DNA from: a virus
Lineage: Duplodnaviria > Caudoviricetes
Length of the DNA stretch: 64,000 nt
Strand: one strand, 5' to 3'
IMG/VR virus record: IMGVR_UViG_3300044701_002512
Coordinates: 1,052-65,051 of that record
The translations under genes were made by a program, and so were the position numbers. The notes below the pieces were generated by a model. It was not told the origin of the DNA. It saw only the letters and a list, made by a program, of their open reading frames with translations, and searched no databases. This document shows, piece by piece, positions 19,166 through 31,300 of the stretch (its first letter is position 1; each line of letters begins with the position of its first letter).

Positions 19166-19237
19166 GCCCTTGTAGCTCAGTGGTAGAGCAGCGGTTTTGT
19201 AAACCGCTGGTCGTCTGTTCGAATCAGATCGGGGGCT
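19166..19237 (+). tRNA. tRNA-Thr(TGT)
   Basis: GCCCTTG/CGGGGGC acceptor, GCGGT-TTTGTAA-ACCGC arm, GTTCGAAT T loop. Confidence 0.93.
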
Positions 19238-19259
19238 CTCCGTGTGAAGGAAGTCACTT

Positions 19260-19286
19260 AACCTCAGGTAATCCTGAGGTTTTTTT
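19260..19286 (+). terminator. intrinsic terminator after tRNA cluster
   Basis: AACCTCAGG-TAAT-CCTGAGGTT followed by T run. Confidence 0.85.
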
Positions 19287-19287
19287 G

Positions 19288-19295
19288 TATAAATA
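19288..19295 (+). promoter_or_regulatory. T4-type late promoter for giant fibre
   Basis: Exact TATAAATA 40 bp before the ATG. Confidence 0.85.
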
Positions 19296-19335
19296 ACTCA
19301 GAAGAAATCCACCATTAATTAGGGTAACTGAGAAG

Positions 19336-22300
19336 ATGCCATTAACAAGACTAGATAATCTAATTTCCAGTAAATCTGGTAAATATCTATATGTATCTCC
19401 TGATGATTTTAACGCTAGTGATTCGTTAGACAACAGAGGAAATAGTCTACTCAGACCCTTTAAAAGTATTCAGAGAGCATTCTTAGAAGCTGCTAGATTT
19501 TCATATCTACCTGATGTAGATAATGATCGTTTTGACCAGTTTTCTATTATGCTTGCTCCTGGTGAGCACTATATTGATAACCGCCCTGGCATTGAAAATG
19601 TCGCGGATCTTCCTATTTTTCAGTATAATCAGTCAACTGGTGAGTGGGAAGCAAATGAAAATGTAAGTTTTGATCTATCTGATCCAGATAATATTCTTTA
19701 CAAATTTAATGGTCGTGAGGGTGGCGCGACTATTCCTAGAGGAACTTCGCTAGTTGGTAGCGACTTAAGAAGAACTCATGTCAGACCACTCTATGTTCCA
19801 GATCCTGCAGATAAGGATATTCCTCGCACAGCTCTGTTCAACGTAACAGGTGGTTGCTACTTCTGGCAGTTTACGATTTTTGATGGTGATTTGGAGAATA
19901 CTTCACCTCTATTTGATGTTGGTTCTCCTCTTGGAATTGGTAAAGTTTATACTCAACCAAATGATAATACTAATCTAGCAATTCCTGAATTTTCTCACCA
20001 CAAAATCACAAACTTTGTGTTTGCTGATAAGGAAGATTTAGGATTACTCTACAGAAAAATTGCTAGAGTATTCAGTGATTATCAACCAGCAATTGATGAC
20101 GTATATGTAGAAGGTTCGAACGTTCCTGTTTCCGAATCATGGGATTCAACAACTGCATACTCTGTTGGAGATCGAGTATTATATAATGGTAAAGCATATG
20201 TTGCTTCGCAAATTTCTACTAATGTAATTCCATCTAGCGATGAAAATAAGTGGAATTTACTTGTTATTAGAAGTAGAGAATTCGATTTCAGAGTTCAGGA
20301 AAATAGAATTGTAGGTCCTCTGCAAGATGCTATCAGACTTGACGAAATTAAAGTAGTTGATTCTACTCCACCAGGAATCGTTGAAGTAAGTGTAAGAACT
20401 AAAATCAACCATGGATTTTTCCCTGGTCAGTATGTAGCGATTGCAAATAATGGATTAAATGTATCATTAAATGGAGTATTTAAAGTATATTCTATCAATC
20501 CTATTGATCCAAAAGAATTTACTTATCGCATTCAAACCACCGCTACTGGTCTCGGTCTAGTTAGCGGAACAACTTATACTGCTTCTTCTGCAATTGCCCT
20601 TGATCCTAATGCAACGGTTCAAGCAGAAGTTGACTCGGTAGAATCAGCATCGCCATACGTCTTCAACGTTTCGATTCGTTCAACTTGGGGTATTTGTGGT
20701 ATCTGGGCAGATGGTCGCAAAGCGACTGGTTTCAAGTCGATGGTTATCGCTCAGTATACGGGTGTTTCGCTACAGAGAGATGACCGTGCATTCATTCGCT
20801 ATGATGAGTTTAGTAACACATGGAACCAAGCTCCTCTAACTGATGCATTTGCTACCACTCCTTATCACATTAAGGGTGATGCATACTGGAAAGATGATTG
20901 GAGAAACTTCCACGTTCGTGCTTCGGATGACTCCTTCATTCAGAACGTTTCGATCTTCGCTGTAGGTTTTGCTGATCACTTCCTGCTTGAGTCTGGTGGT
21001 GATATGTCTATCACTAACTCGAACTCAAACTTTGGTAACACATCGATGCACTCGGTTGGTTACAAAGGGTTTGCCTTCAACCAAGACAAGGGCGGTTACA
21101 TTACAGATATTGTTCCTCCTAAAGCTTTATCTACTCTTAAAACTATCAAAAATCAATATTATGTTTTTGATGTTCAAAAGAGTAAAGTTTCTGAAAACTT
21201 AACTAAATTGTATCTTGGATCTGATGACGCTATCTTCCCAGATGATAGACCAGCTGCTACTATTAGTGGGTATCGTCTTGGTGCGAAGAGAGATGAAAAA
21301 ATCTATGTTAAACTAGACAGCACTGGCGCTAAAGAAGCAAAACTAAAGTATTCTGGATTTAAAAAATGGGTTTCTTCTTTAACTTCACTCAAACCAACTG
21401 GTGATGACTTTACAGTTGATTACAATCTAAAGCAAGATGCTGCTAATTTAATTGAATCAAACAAAGAGTTTATTCAAGCAGAAGCATTTGGATATATTCT
21501 AGAAAAATTTCCAGATCTTCAAAATATTTCGTATGTAAACCCAAATATTACATCTGAAACTGGTAGATATCGTGATGCATCTAATTTAATTAGATCAAAC
21601 CGCGATGAAATTATTCAGTATGCATATAGCATGATGATCGAAGCATATCCTAACTGGAATGCTAATTTGACTGGAACTGCTGCTGATGGAGAAAAGTGTA
21701 AGAGAGACCTAGGTTATTTTGTTGACGGTCTTGCTGATGATCTCTATAATGGTGGAAATGCTGCTATTGTAGAAGTAACTAGAGCGTATTTTGATGGCGT
21801 TGGGGATTTGATTGATGATGGTTTGGTTGGTGAAATTCCTCAATCAGTTTATGCTTTCAGAAGAGCAAAAGATTGGGCAAAGAAAGCAATCTCAAACTTA
21901 CTAGGTTCAACTAGTATTTTAAATACTCAAAATGATGCAATCACGAGCAGTGGTTTAGTTGCAACTGTTACTACAGTGGATCCCCATAATCTAGTAGCAG
22001 GTGATATTATCAGTATTTCTGGTGCTACTCAATCTGCATATAATGGTGATTTTACTGTTCTTGCAACAGGATTAACTGCCAATTCATTTACAGTTAATCT
22101 CCCAGATAATCCAGGAGTTACTCAAGCTACTGGAGAATTTTATGTTTCAACTATTCAAATTGATCCCAATAATAATGATAATCCAGCTGGTAGATACAAA
22201 GATGCTTCAGGATTAATTACTGCCAATCGTCAAGAAATTATTGATAGAGCGGAAGCTGCTATTGCACTTTCACATCCTGATTTTTATTATCCTGGAGATG

Positions 22301-25300
22301 CCCAAACAAATGCATTCTCTCGTTATAAGGATTCTTACAGACTCATTCAATTAAACAAGCAAGAAATTATTGATAGAGCTGCAGCAGAAATTGCAATTCA
22401 GCATCCTGATTTTTATTATCCTGGAGATGCTCAAACTTTGTCATCATCTAGGTATAAAGATGCATATCGTCTAATTCAACTTAATAGACAGGAAATTATC
22501 AATGGAGCTTACGCACAAATTGCTATAAGTCATCCTGGATTTGTTAATCCTGATCCAGCAAAATGTCAGAGAGACATTGGATATTTTATTGATGCTATTT
22601 CTCTCGATATTTCACTAGAAAATAGCAATCAATATAGCAGAAAATTTATTCAACAATACTTTAATCAGGCAGGAAATGCTTGGATTACAAACGGATTGCA
22701 GGGTGAGGAAACACAATCAAATACTGCTTTCAACAAGGCAAGAGACTTGATGAAATTGGCTGTTGCTAATCAGTTAACTGTCAAAGATCTTACTGTAACT
22801 GCAGATCCTTTAACAGGAAGCAACACAGATCCAGCATCTTGTGCAAACGTTCAGTTAGCAATTACAACTTTAACCACAATTGTTACTTCTTCTGTTTCTG
22901 CTGGCAATTTGTCTAGTTTACCTGCAGAGAACACAGGAACTGTTCCTGAAGGAGAAGTTAAGTGTAAGAGAGATATTGGGTTCTTTATTGATGCAGTATC
23001 TTTAGATCTTTCTATTCTTGGTAATGTTTATTCTAGAAAATTTGCGTTACAATATTTTGATGAAAACCTAGATCCTCTTTCAAATGGTTTAGTGGGAGAG
23101 GAGGCAGAATCTATCGTTGCTTTTAATAAAGCAAGAGATATGATGAAGTTAGCTGTTGCAAACCAGTTATACTCAAAAGATTTAACTTTAACAGCAGATC
23201 CTTTAACAGGAAGCAACACAGATCCAGCATCTTGTGATGATGTTCAGGCATCTATTACTACATTAACCAATATAGTAACAACTGCAGTTTCTTCAGGAGA
23301 TTCAACCGATGTAACTGATATTACTGAAACGAGAGGAACTCCTCTTGACGGTGAAGCAAAATGCCGTAGAGATATTGGATTTATTGTTGATTCTATTGCT
23401 CAAGATTTATTCTGGGGTGGCAATGAATTTACTGTAGATGCTACTAGAGAATATTATGCCAACGCTACAACATTACTAACAAATGGTTTAGTTGATGAAG
23501 TTACTGAATCTGTAACTGCTTTTAATGCTGCTAGAGATGCAGCGAAGAAAGCAGTAACAAATCAACTTTACTCTAAGAATTTTAATTTATCTTTTGGTCC
23601 TCCAAGTTATAGTGTTGGTGGTTCAGACGTTACTTACAACGAGTCTGGAAATGCTTCTACTTGTATAGATGTTCAAGATAGTATTACTAACTTGTTTGGT
23701 ATTGTTACAACAACACTAGTTGCTGGTAATTTAAACAATCTGCCAGTAGTTACTAATGGTTCCTATGATTGTGCAAATGTAAGATATACTATTGATACAT
23801 TATCACATATTCTTATTACTGCTCTATCTAATGGAAATCTATCAGATCTTCCTGTTGTAAATCCTGGTCAGTGGTCACAAGTTAGTGAAGCAAGTAAGTG
23901 TAAGAGAGATATTGGATATATTGTTGAAGCGGTAGTTTCTGATCTAAGACTAGGTGGAAATGAAAATGTAATTAATGCTGCTGAAGCATACTATACTGCA
24001 ATTCCTCTTGCTAATGATACTACAGATGGCAACCAAGATGGTTTCACATTAGATTACATCGAAAACGAGAAGACAGAAACCCTAGAAGCATGGAAGTATG
24101 TTAGAAATCTAGCGATTTCTGCAATGAGAAATCATGATACTTATATTACTGGTGCTTCTACTGTATCTGGATCTTCAATTGTTACGGTTCCCAGCACGAT
24201 TGGATTGGCAATTGGCATGAAGGTTGAATCTGTTAACACCATCCCTGCCGATCAAAACACGGTAGTTAGTCAAACATCAACCATTCCAGACAACGCATAC
24301 ATCAAGAAAATTGGTGATGGTCAAAATGGTCTTGCTGCTAATCAAATTCAACTTGGTGTTTATGGATCTAGATTTGATTTAGGAACAACAGTAAATGCTA
24401 CTTCTACATTACCTAGCGTTAATTTGTATGTTAAACTAGAAACAGGAGTTTGGTCTACTGATTTAGAACCAACAACTGATGAAGCAGTAATTCAAGACTA
24501 CAATTACACTGCTTTAGGTGATGGATCAATCTCATCCCCAGGTGGAGAATGTGCTAGTGTTGTAGATGGTATTATTATTTACTTCAATATTATTGATACT
24601 ATTTTAAATTCTGGTATCGGAACTGTTCCTCGTGTTCCTTCGGTATTAAGCACTGCTTCTCTAGCACAAAGAGCAACCCTATTCAACTTAGTAGAAAAAG
24701 ATTCTCAAGGAAACAATACTACTAACCCACACGATATGGAGACTGGAACTCCTGTCAGACTTGTTCCTAGAGCAAAGAAAGGAACAAATCCAGATAAGCG
24801 TTTGATTCGTCTTCCAAAAGGATTTGATACAAATACAACATATTATGTAATTGCTCCAGGAAGAAAGACAGATCCATTTGATTACTCCAACAGTATTGGA
24901 TTCAATGGTGATAACCAGCAAACTCTGCTTCTTGCCACTAGCGAAGAGAACTCTTGTGCTGGAATTTATATCTATTCGCCAGAAACAGATAGCATTGATA
25001 AAGATGTTGAGATTGATGTTTATCAGTATCTTCTAGATACTAATTATGATCTCCATCGCTATCAGACAAACTTATTGTCTGGTTCCAGCACAATTCTTGA
25101 AACAGATAGACCTCATGTATTTGATGTTCCTTCTGATAATATCACTCCACAGAGAGTGTTTTTCAGAACTGGAGCAGATATTACAGGTTCTTCGCTACCA
25201 ACTCTTGCTTCTAACTTCGGTGGAACTGTTGTAGATCCACAGACTTACTACTATGCAAGATATTCAGGAACAAAAACTTTCACAATTCACCTAACATTTA

Positions 25301-28300
25301 CAGATGCTATTGATAATATCAACCCAGTAACATTTGCTCCTGGAAGCACTGCTCAATTCTATACTTATGCCGATAAGCGTCGTTCACCATTGAAATATGA
25401 TGCCGCAGTAGGCGATGAAGGATTGTGGTATATCGAAACGTTAGAGTCAGGAAACCAGATTCTTCCTAGAATTAAGCAATCTGATTATGAAACCAGACTA
25501 AGAACTACTGATTCTTGGTATGAAAGAATCGAAGATAATAGAACACCCGAAGATCGTATTTACAGATTCCGTTATGTAATTCCTAAGAATCTTAAAACGG
25601 TTCGTGATCCTCTCAATGGTTTTGTATTTAAGATTAGAACAGATGAAAAGAGAAGACTTCTTCCACAAAAAATTGTTCTAAAGCCAACAGCAGCTGGAAA
25701 TACAGTTGCTACATTTAATGCTCCTACTAGCGGAGAAAGATTAGGTTTAACAAAGACAGAACTAGTAACGTTAGATCCTAATTTTGTTTCAACCTATGAT
25801 CCATATAACTCTACTTATGCAAAGAGAATTGAAACAACATCTAAGGTTGCTTTTACTATTCAATCTGCCAAGAAAAAAGAAATTCAAGGCAAAGAATATC
25901 TCGAATTAACTGTATTTGATATTGGTGTAGATAATAATGATTATAAGACTAAGTTATTCACTACTGTTAAGATTGATGCTCCAGAAGGAGGAGATGGTAT
26001 ATTTGTTAACAGCATAGCAAATTCCAATAATACCAATAAAGTTACTTGGGATGGAAATAGCAAAGGAACTGCATATGTTCACTCTTACTTTGCTTATGAA
26101 AATAATTATTACATGATTCTTAAAGATTTCAGTGGCAACTCTGAAATTAACTATAGTCCTTTCACGGAAACTGTATTTACCCAAGGTGATGTTACAGCAA
26201 CTCTATTGGAAAACCCAAATGGAGGTAGAAATGATATTAAAAATAATTTATATGTCATTGAGGGAGCAAACACTTATACTGTAACTCCTGGTGATACTGT
26301 AAATGATGATAATGGTGTTTCTTATACCGTTGCTTCTGTTGAAGATGTTTCTGATATGGAAAGCACTTTCTATATCTTTGATATCGACGAAATTCGTAGA
26401 AGAATTCCTGGTCAACAAGATGGTGTTTACTATCTAACTTGTGTTCGTGGTGATATTTCTCCATATCCTACTGGTTCTGGTGTCGGAACTAACTTCAAGA
26501 ACTTTAAGTTCTCTCAACCAATTTCTAAAATTTATCCTGAGTTCTATAAAAATGACCCAGAGTGGTATAAGGGAATTGATCCAGAATCAGAAACGTTACT
26601 TGATCCACCTGCAACAATCTCTGCAGCAGATAACTATGTTCATGGTTTAGTTACTGTCAATGATGCTAAAGGATCATTGACTAAAGAAACAATTCTAGAC
26701 TTTATTGCTGACCCTGGAACTGGTTCTTATACTTATTCTGGCGAAAATGCTGTTCAGGCACAAAATGGATCTGCTTCTGCTGGATCCGAATCCAGAAAGA
26801 TTCCTATTGGAGGTGACTCTGATTATCCACTCGAACAAAAAGTTTATCTTGAACTTCGTAGACCATCTATTGCTCGTTCTGGTAACCACACGTTTGAATA
26901 TCTTGGTTTTGGTCCTGGTAACTACTCGACTGGTTTCCCTGCTCGCCAAGAAGTTGTTCTTACAGATACTCAAGATTTCTATGCACAAGCAAAGCGCGAA
27001 AACGCTGGTATTGTCTTCTACACGGGTCTGAACTCCAACGGTGACCTCTATATCGGTAACCGTAAGATCAACGCTATTACAGGCGAAGAGACGTTCCTGG
27101 AATCAGCACAATTAGTCGAGTCTGCTGATGATGCCGACAATATTGGAACACTTGTTACTACTTTTGATTCTCCTGTAACATTTAATGATATTATCACAGT
27201 TAATGGAGTTGATGGATCTGGGGAGAGCACATTCAATTCTCCATTGATTATTAATAATGCTACTGCATTTGGAACTACTGAAAACTATCCATCACTTAAG
27301 GTTGTAACTGGAAGTGGAACTGCAGTTGGTTATGATGCATATCTAGAATTTAATATTTCTGGTCAAAAGACGGGTGATATTTTAATTCACCAAAATACTG
27401 TTACTTCTGCTATTTTTGATTTCAATACCAGAGGATCTCAAGATTACACTATGCGAGTTGCTCTATCTAATAGAGCACCTGATTTTGCAAATACGTTTGG
27501 AACTACTACTAACGGTCCTACACAAACTCAGAATACTAACTTTGGATCTAAATCTCCTCTGAAGTCTGGTGATATGCAATTCAAAGGATTGCAGACTTTA
27601 TTTACTGGATCTTTGGGTTGGATCTTTGCAAATGATTATGTTTCAATAACTACAAATTCTACTTCAGAGAATCCAGATCCACAACTATTAGGTATTCAGG
27701 GTAGCGAAACAGGAACAAAGATTCGCTTAAATTATAACACTGGAGTTTCAAATAATTCCTTAGGAATTACTGCAAGTTCTCAGATTAGAATTCAAGGAGC
27801 TACTGGATCTCTAGTTAATTTGAATGGAGTCTGGTCTGTTGTTTCTGATGAAGTAGATCCTTTTGACGGAGCAGCGGATTCAGTTGTTGTTAGAATTAAT
27901 ACTAATTTACCAGTATTTGATATCAATCAAAATAATGCTAACGGTTATCCAGTAAATTCAGTAGCACAACCATCAATAGAAGTTGCTTCATCTAGAACAG
28001 CATTTAAAGAATTTGGTGTAATTGGTGCTGAAGTAATCAGAACAGAAACTTCTACATATGGAGACTTTAAGTTAGGTATTAACACAGTTGCTAGAGCTGC
28101 TCATTCTGCATATCAGACTGCATGGGTATCTGAAGAAACTGAACCAAGAGCTAACTTAGATGTTGTTGGCAATACTTACATTTCTGGTAGAAGTGTTCCT
28201 AAGTTCCTAACGGAAACAACGAATGCTAAGACTGAACTAGCAGTTCGTGATGCATTTATTGTTGGTGGTAATAGTGAAACACCTGGCATTTCTTCTGCAC

Positions 28301-31300
28301 TTAGAGTTGCTACTACATCTTTAACAATTCAATCATATAATAATACTTCTACTACATCATGCACTATCACTACTGTAGAATCACATGGATTATCTTCTGT
28401 AGACACTACATGGTTTGCTAACGTAGAATTTAAAGATGGTCCTAACTCTACTAAGAGTGGTGTTTATAGAGTTACCGCAGTTTCAGGAACCAATACTATC
28501 ACCATTACTAACCAAACTGGTTATGAATTGAGTGGGTTGACTGTAGGTAACACTGCATATGCTACTGGAAATATTACTCTCACTAGAGGTAATCAAACTA
28601 ATTCTTATACAGTAAATGAAAGTGTAACGGGTTCTCTCTATGGAAGACTAGGTGTAAATACTACACTTCCTGTATTACTAGAGCAACTAACTAAGACTGG
28701 ATCTACAGTTACTGTTCTGACAAGAGTTCCCCATGGTTTCTTTGATGGAGAAAATGTAAAGATCAGTGTATCTACATCTGGTTATACTCAATTCTCTTCA
28801 AACTCAGTTACAATTACAAATTGCACTGAAGATACATTTGACTTTACGACAACTGATACTACATCTAATTTCAATGCTACTACTGTAACTGGTTATGTAT
28901 CTAATGAAGCTCTATTAGATAGAGAGTTTGTTGTTCGTGGAGATGGTAGACTTACTGGCAACTTAGAAGTTAAGGGCAATACTACTATTTCTGGAACTAA
29001 TCTAGATACCACTAACACTACTTTAAATCTTTATAATACGACTGCTACTACAGTTAATGCTTTTGGCGATGTATTAAGTCTAGATATTGGTAACAATAGT
29101 GCTACAACAGGCACACAAACAATTGATATTGGTAACTATGCAGCAACGCAAACTTTAACAGTTGGCGATGCTGCTACTACATCAAATCTTTATATTCATA
29201 GAAATTCCAAGACTTCTGTTATTGATATCGGCACTGTATCTCAAGGAACACTATCTGGTGGAGTATTACACAATTCGCAAGTTACTATTGGTGGTGCTTG
29301 GAATAACACTACTGGATTCTTTAGAGTAGGAAATAGAAACTCTATTTTTGATAGCGATAGTATTGAAATTGGTGCTGGTCCTTCCATAACAAGTTCTCAG
29401 TTTGTAAGAATCTTTACTCAAGCAAATGAGTTGAGATTATTCGATACTGGTGGTGCTTCTATTGTTCAACTCTGCCGTAATGCTGGTGAACTAAGTATTG
29501 CTTCTGATGGTGGAACAACTACTATTAATAACTCGTTGCTTGTAAAAGCAAGTCAACAAGTTGATGGCAATATCATTTTAAATGGTGGTTTAAATTCTGG
29601 CACTGTTGAAGTTGTTCGTGGTGCTTGGGGAACTACTGCTGTTTCTCATTCTGAAGGTTCTATTCAGAATAGAAATATTGACTTCTATAAATATACTATT
29701 ATCAACAAAAATATTGACGCGGGAAGTTCAACATACTGGGGTGGAACTCAGTTTCAAGTTTCTGGATCTACTACAAGTGAATATTTCCTTGGATTAGATC
29801 AGATTGCTACTGCAAATGATTTCTCGGTAGGTGATTACATTTTAGTTGATAGAGCAAGACATACTGCTCAGATTGCTTTTGTTGCTAGAAATTCTAACGT
29901 TACTACGATTACTACAACTAAAGCACATGGTTTTACTACTGGATTAAAAGTAGAAATTGATTGCTCTGATAACAACTTTGATATTGCTTTAAGTTCTAAC
30001 GTAACAATTACTGTTACGGGCGACAATACATTTACTTTCTCGCAAACAGGAACAAATGTATCTCAAGCAGCAGCAACAGGAACTGTAAAACAACCAGACA
30101 ATCAAGCTAAGAGTGAACTTCTCAAAGTAACTGAAATTACTAATATTTCAAACACTGCAGATCCTAATGGTTTAAGAATTAAAGTTCTTCGTGCTCAAGA
30201 TGGAACTGTTTTGAGAACAGATCACCCAGATGGTGTTCTATTGAGTAAGTTTGTTAAGTTTGATAATGCTTCTTGGATTATTAATGATGGTGGTATTAAT
30301 ACAACTGAAGATGAAGTTACTACTGCAGAATTTGGTGGTGCTATTACAACTAATGATTACTTGAGACTATCTGATTTAGAAATCGTCAAGGTTGCTGCAC
30401 TACTTGATAATAATATTCAAGTCTTGAGACTTACTGATGGTGGCGATCCTGCAGTTACTAAGTTTGAAGTTGAGTCAACAACTGGCAGTCTCACTGCAGT
30501 TGGATCTATTGCATTTGGTTTGGGGGCAGATGCCTCGTTTGGAAATACGCTGGCAGGCAAGTTTACAGTTGCTGCTTCTAGCGGTAACACTAATATTGCA
30601 GGAACATTAACAGTAGAAAATACTTTAACATTAAATGGTAGCACTACAGTTAATACTCAATTCTTCAAGATTACTAATGGTGCGGCATCTCCTGCTATCA
30701 AGTTCCAAGTTGACACTGCAAACGGTAATACCATTATTAATGGCGGAAACTTCAACATCTTTGCTGAAGATGGAACGACATCTAAACTATCTCTAAATAA
30801 TTCATCGGGTGATATTGTAGTTGCTGGAACACTATCTGCTAATGGTAGTGGAACTAATACTTATGCTGGCAATCTATTGGTAAATGGTAGTGGAACTCAA
30901 GGAGGTAATCTAACAGTTCAACAAGACAGTGTTACTAGATTTAAAGTCAATAATACTGGAACTATTGATCTTGGTGGAATTACCTCTTACTATGGAACCA
31001 CGGGTGCTAGAAGGTGGGTATATGTTAATGCAACCGTCACAACTGCTGTTGCGAATGTCAACTACTTTGTTGCTCCTTCTGCAATCACCCTTATTAAATT
31101 GCCGACAAACCCTGTTACTGGAGATATGATAAGATTTGTTGATATTGGCGGAAATCTAACCTATAATGTATCATTGGTAATGAGAGCACCCACTGGAATA
31201 GCAGTTCAGGGAGATGTATCCAACACTGGTTCTACTATTCTTGGTGGAACATTCACTTCATCTTTAAGTGGATACGATGGTGGTGAATTAGTTATTCAAA

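Noticed and set aside
19238-19260. Possible small RNA between tRNA-Thr and the terminator
   Set aside because: Too short; no structure I can support.
21430-24620. Free-standing phycocyanin genes (cpcA/cpcB)
   Set aside because: The motifs are in-frame parts of the fibre and lack the N-terminal X/Y helices of real subunits.
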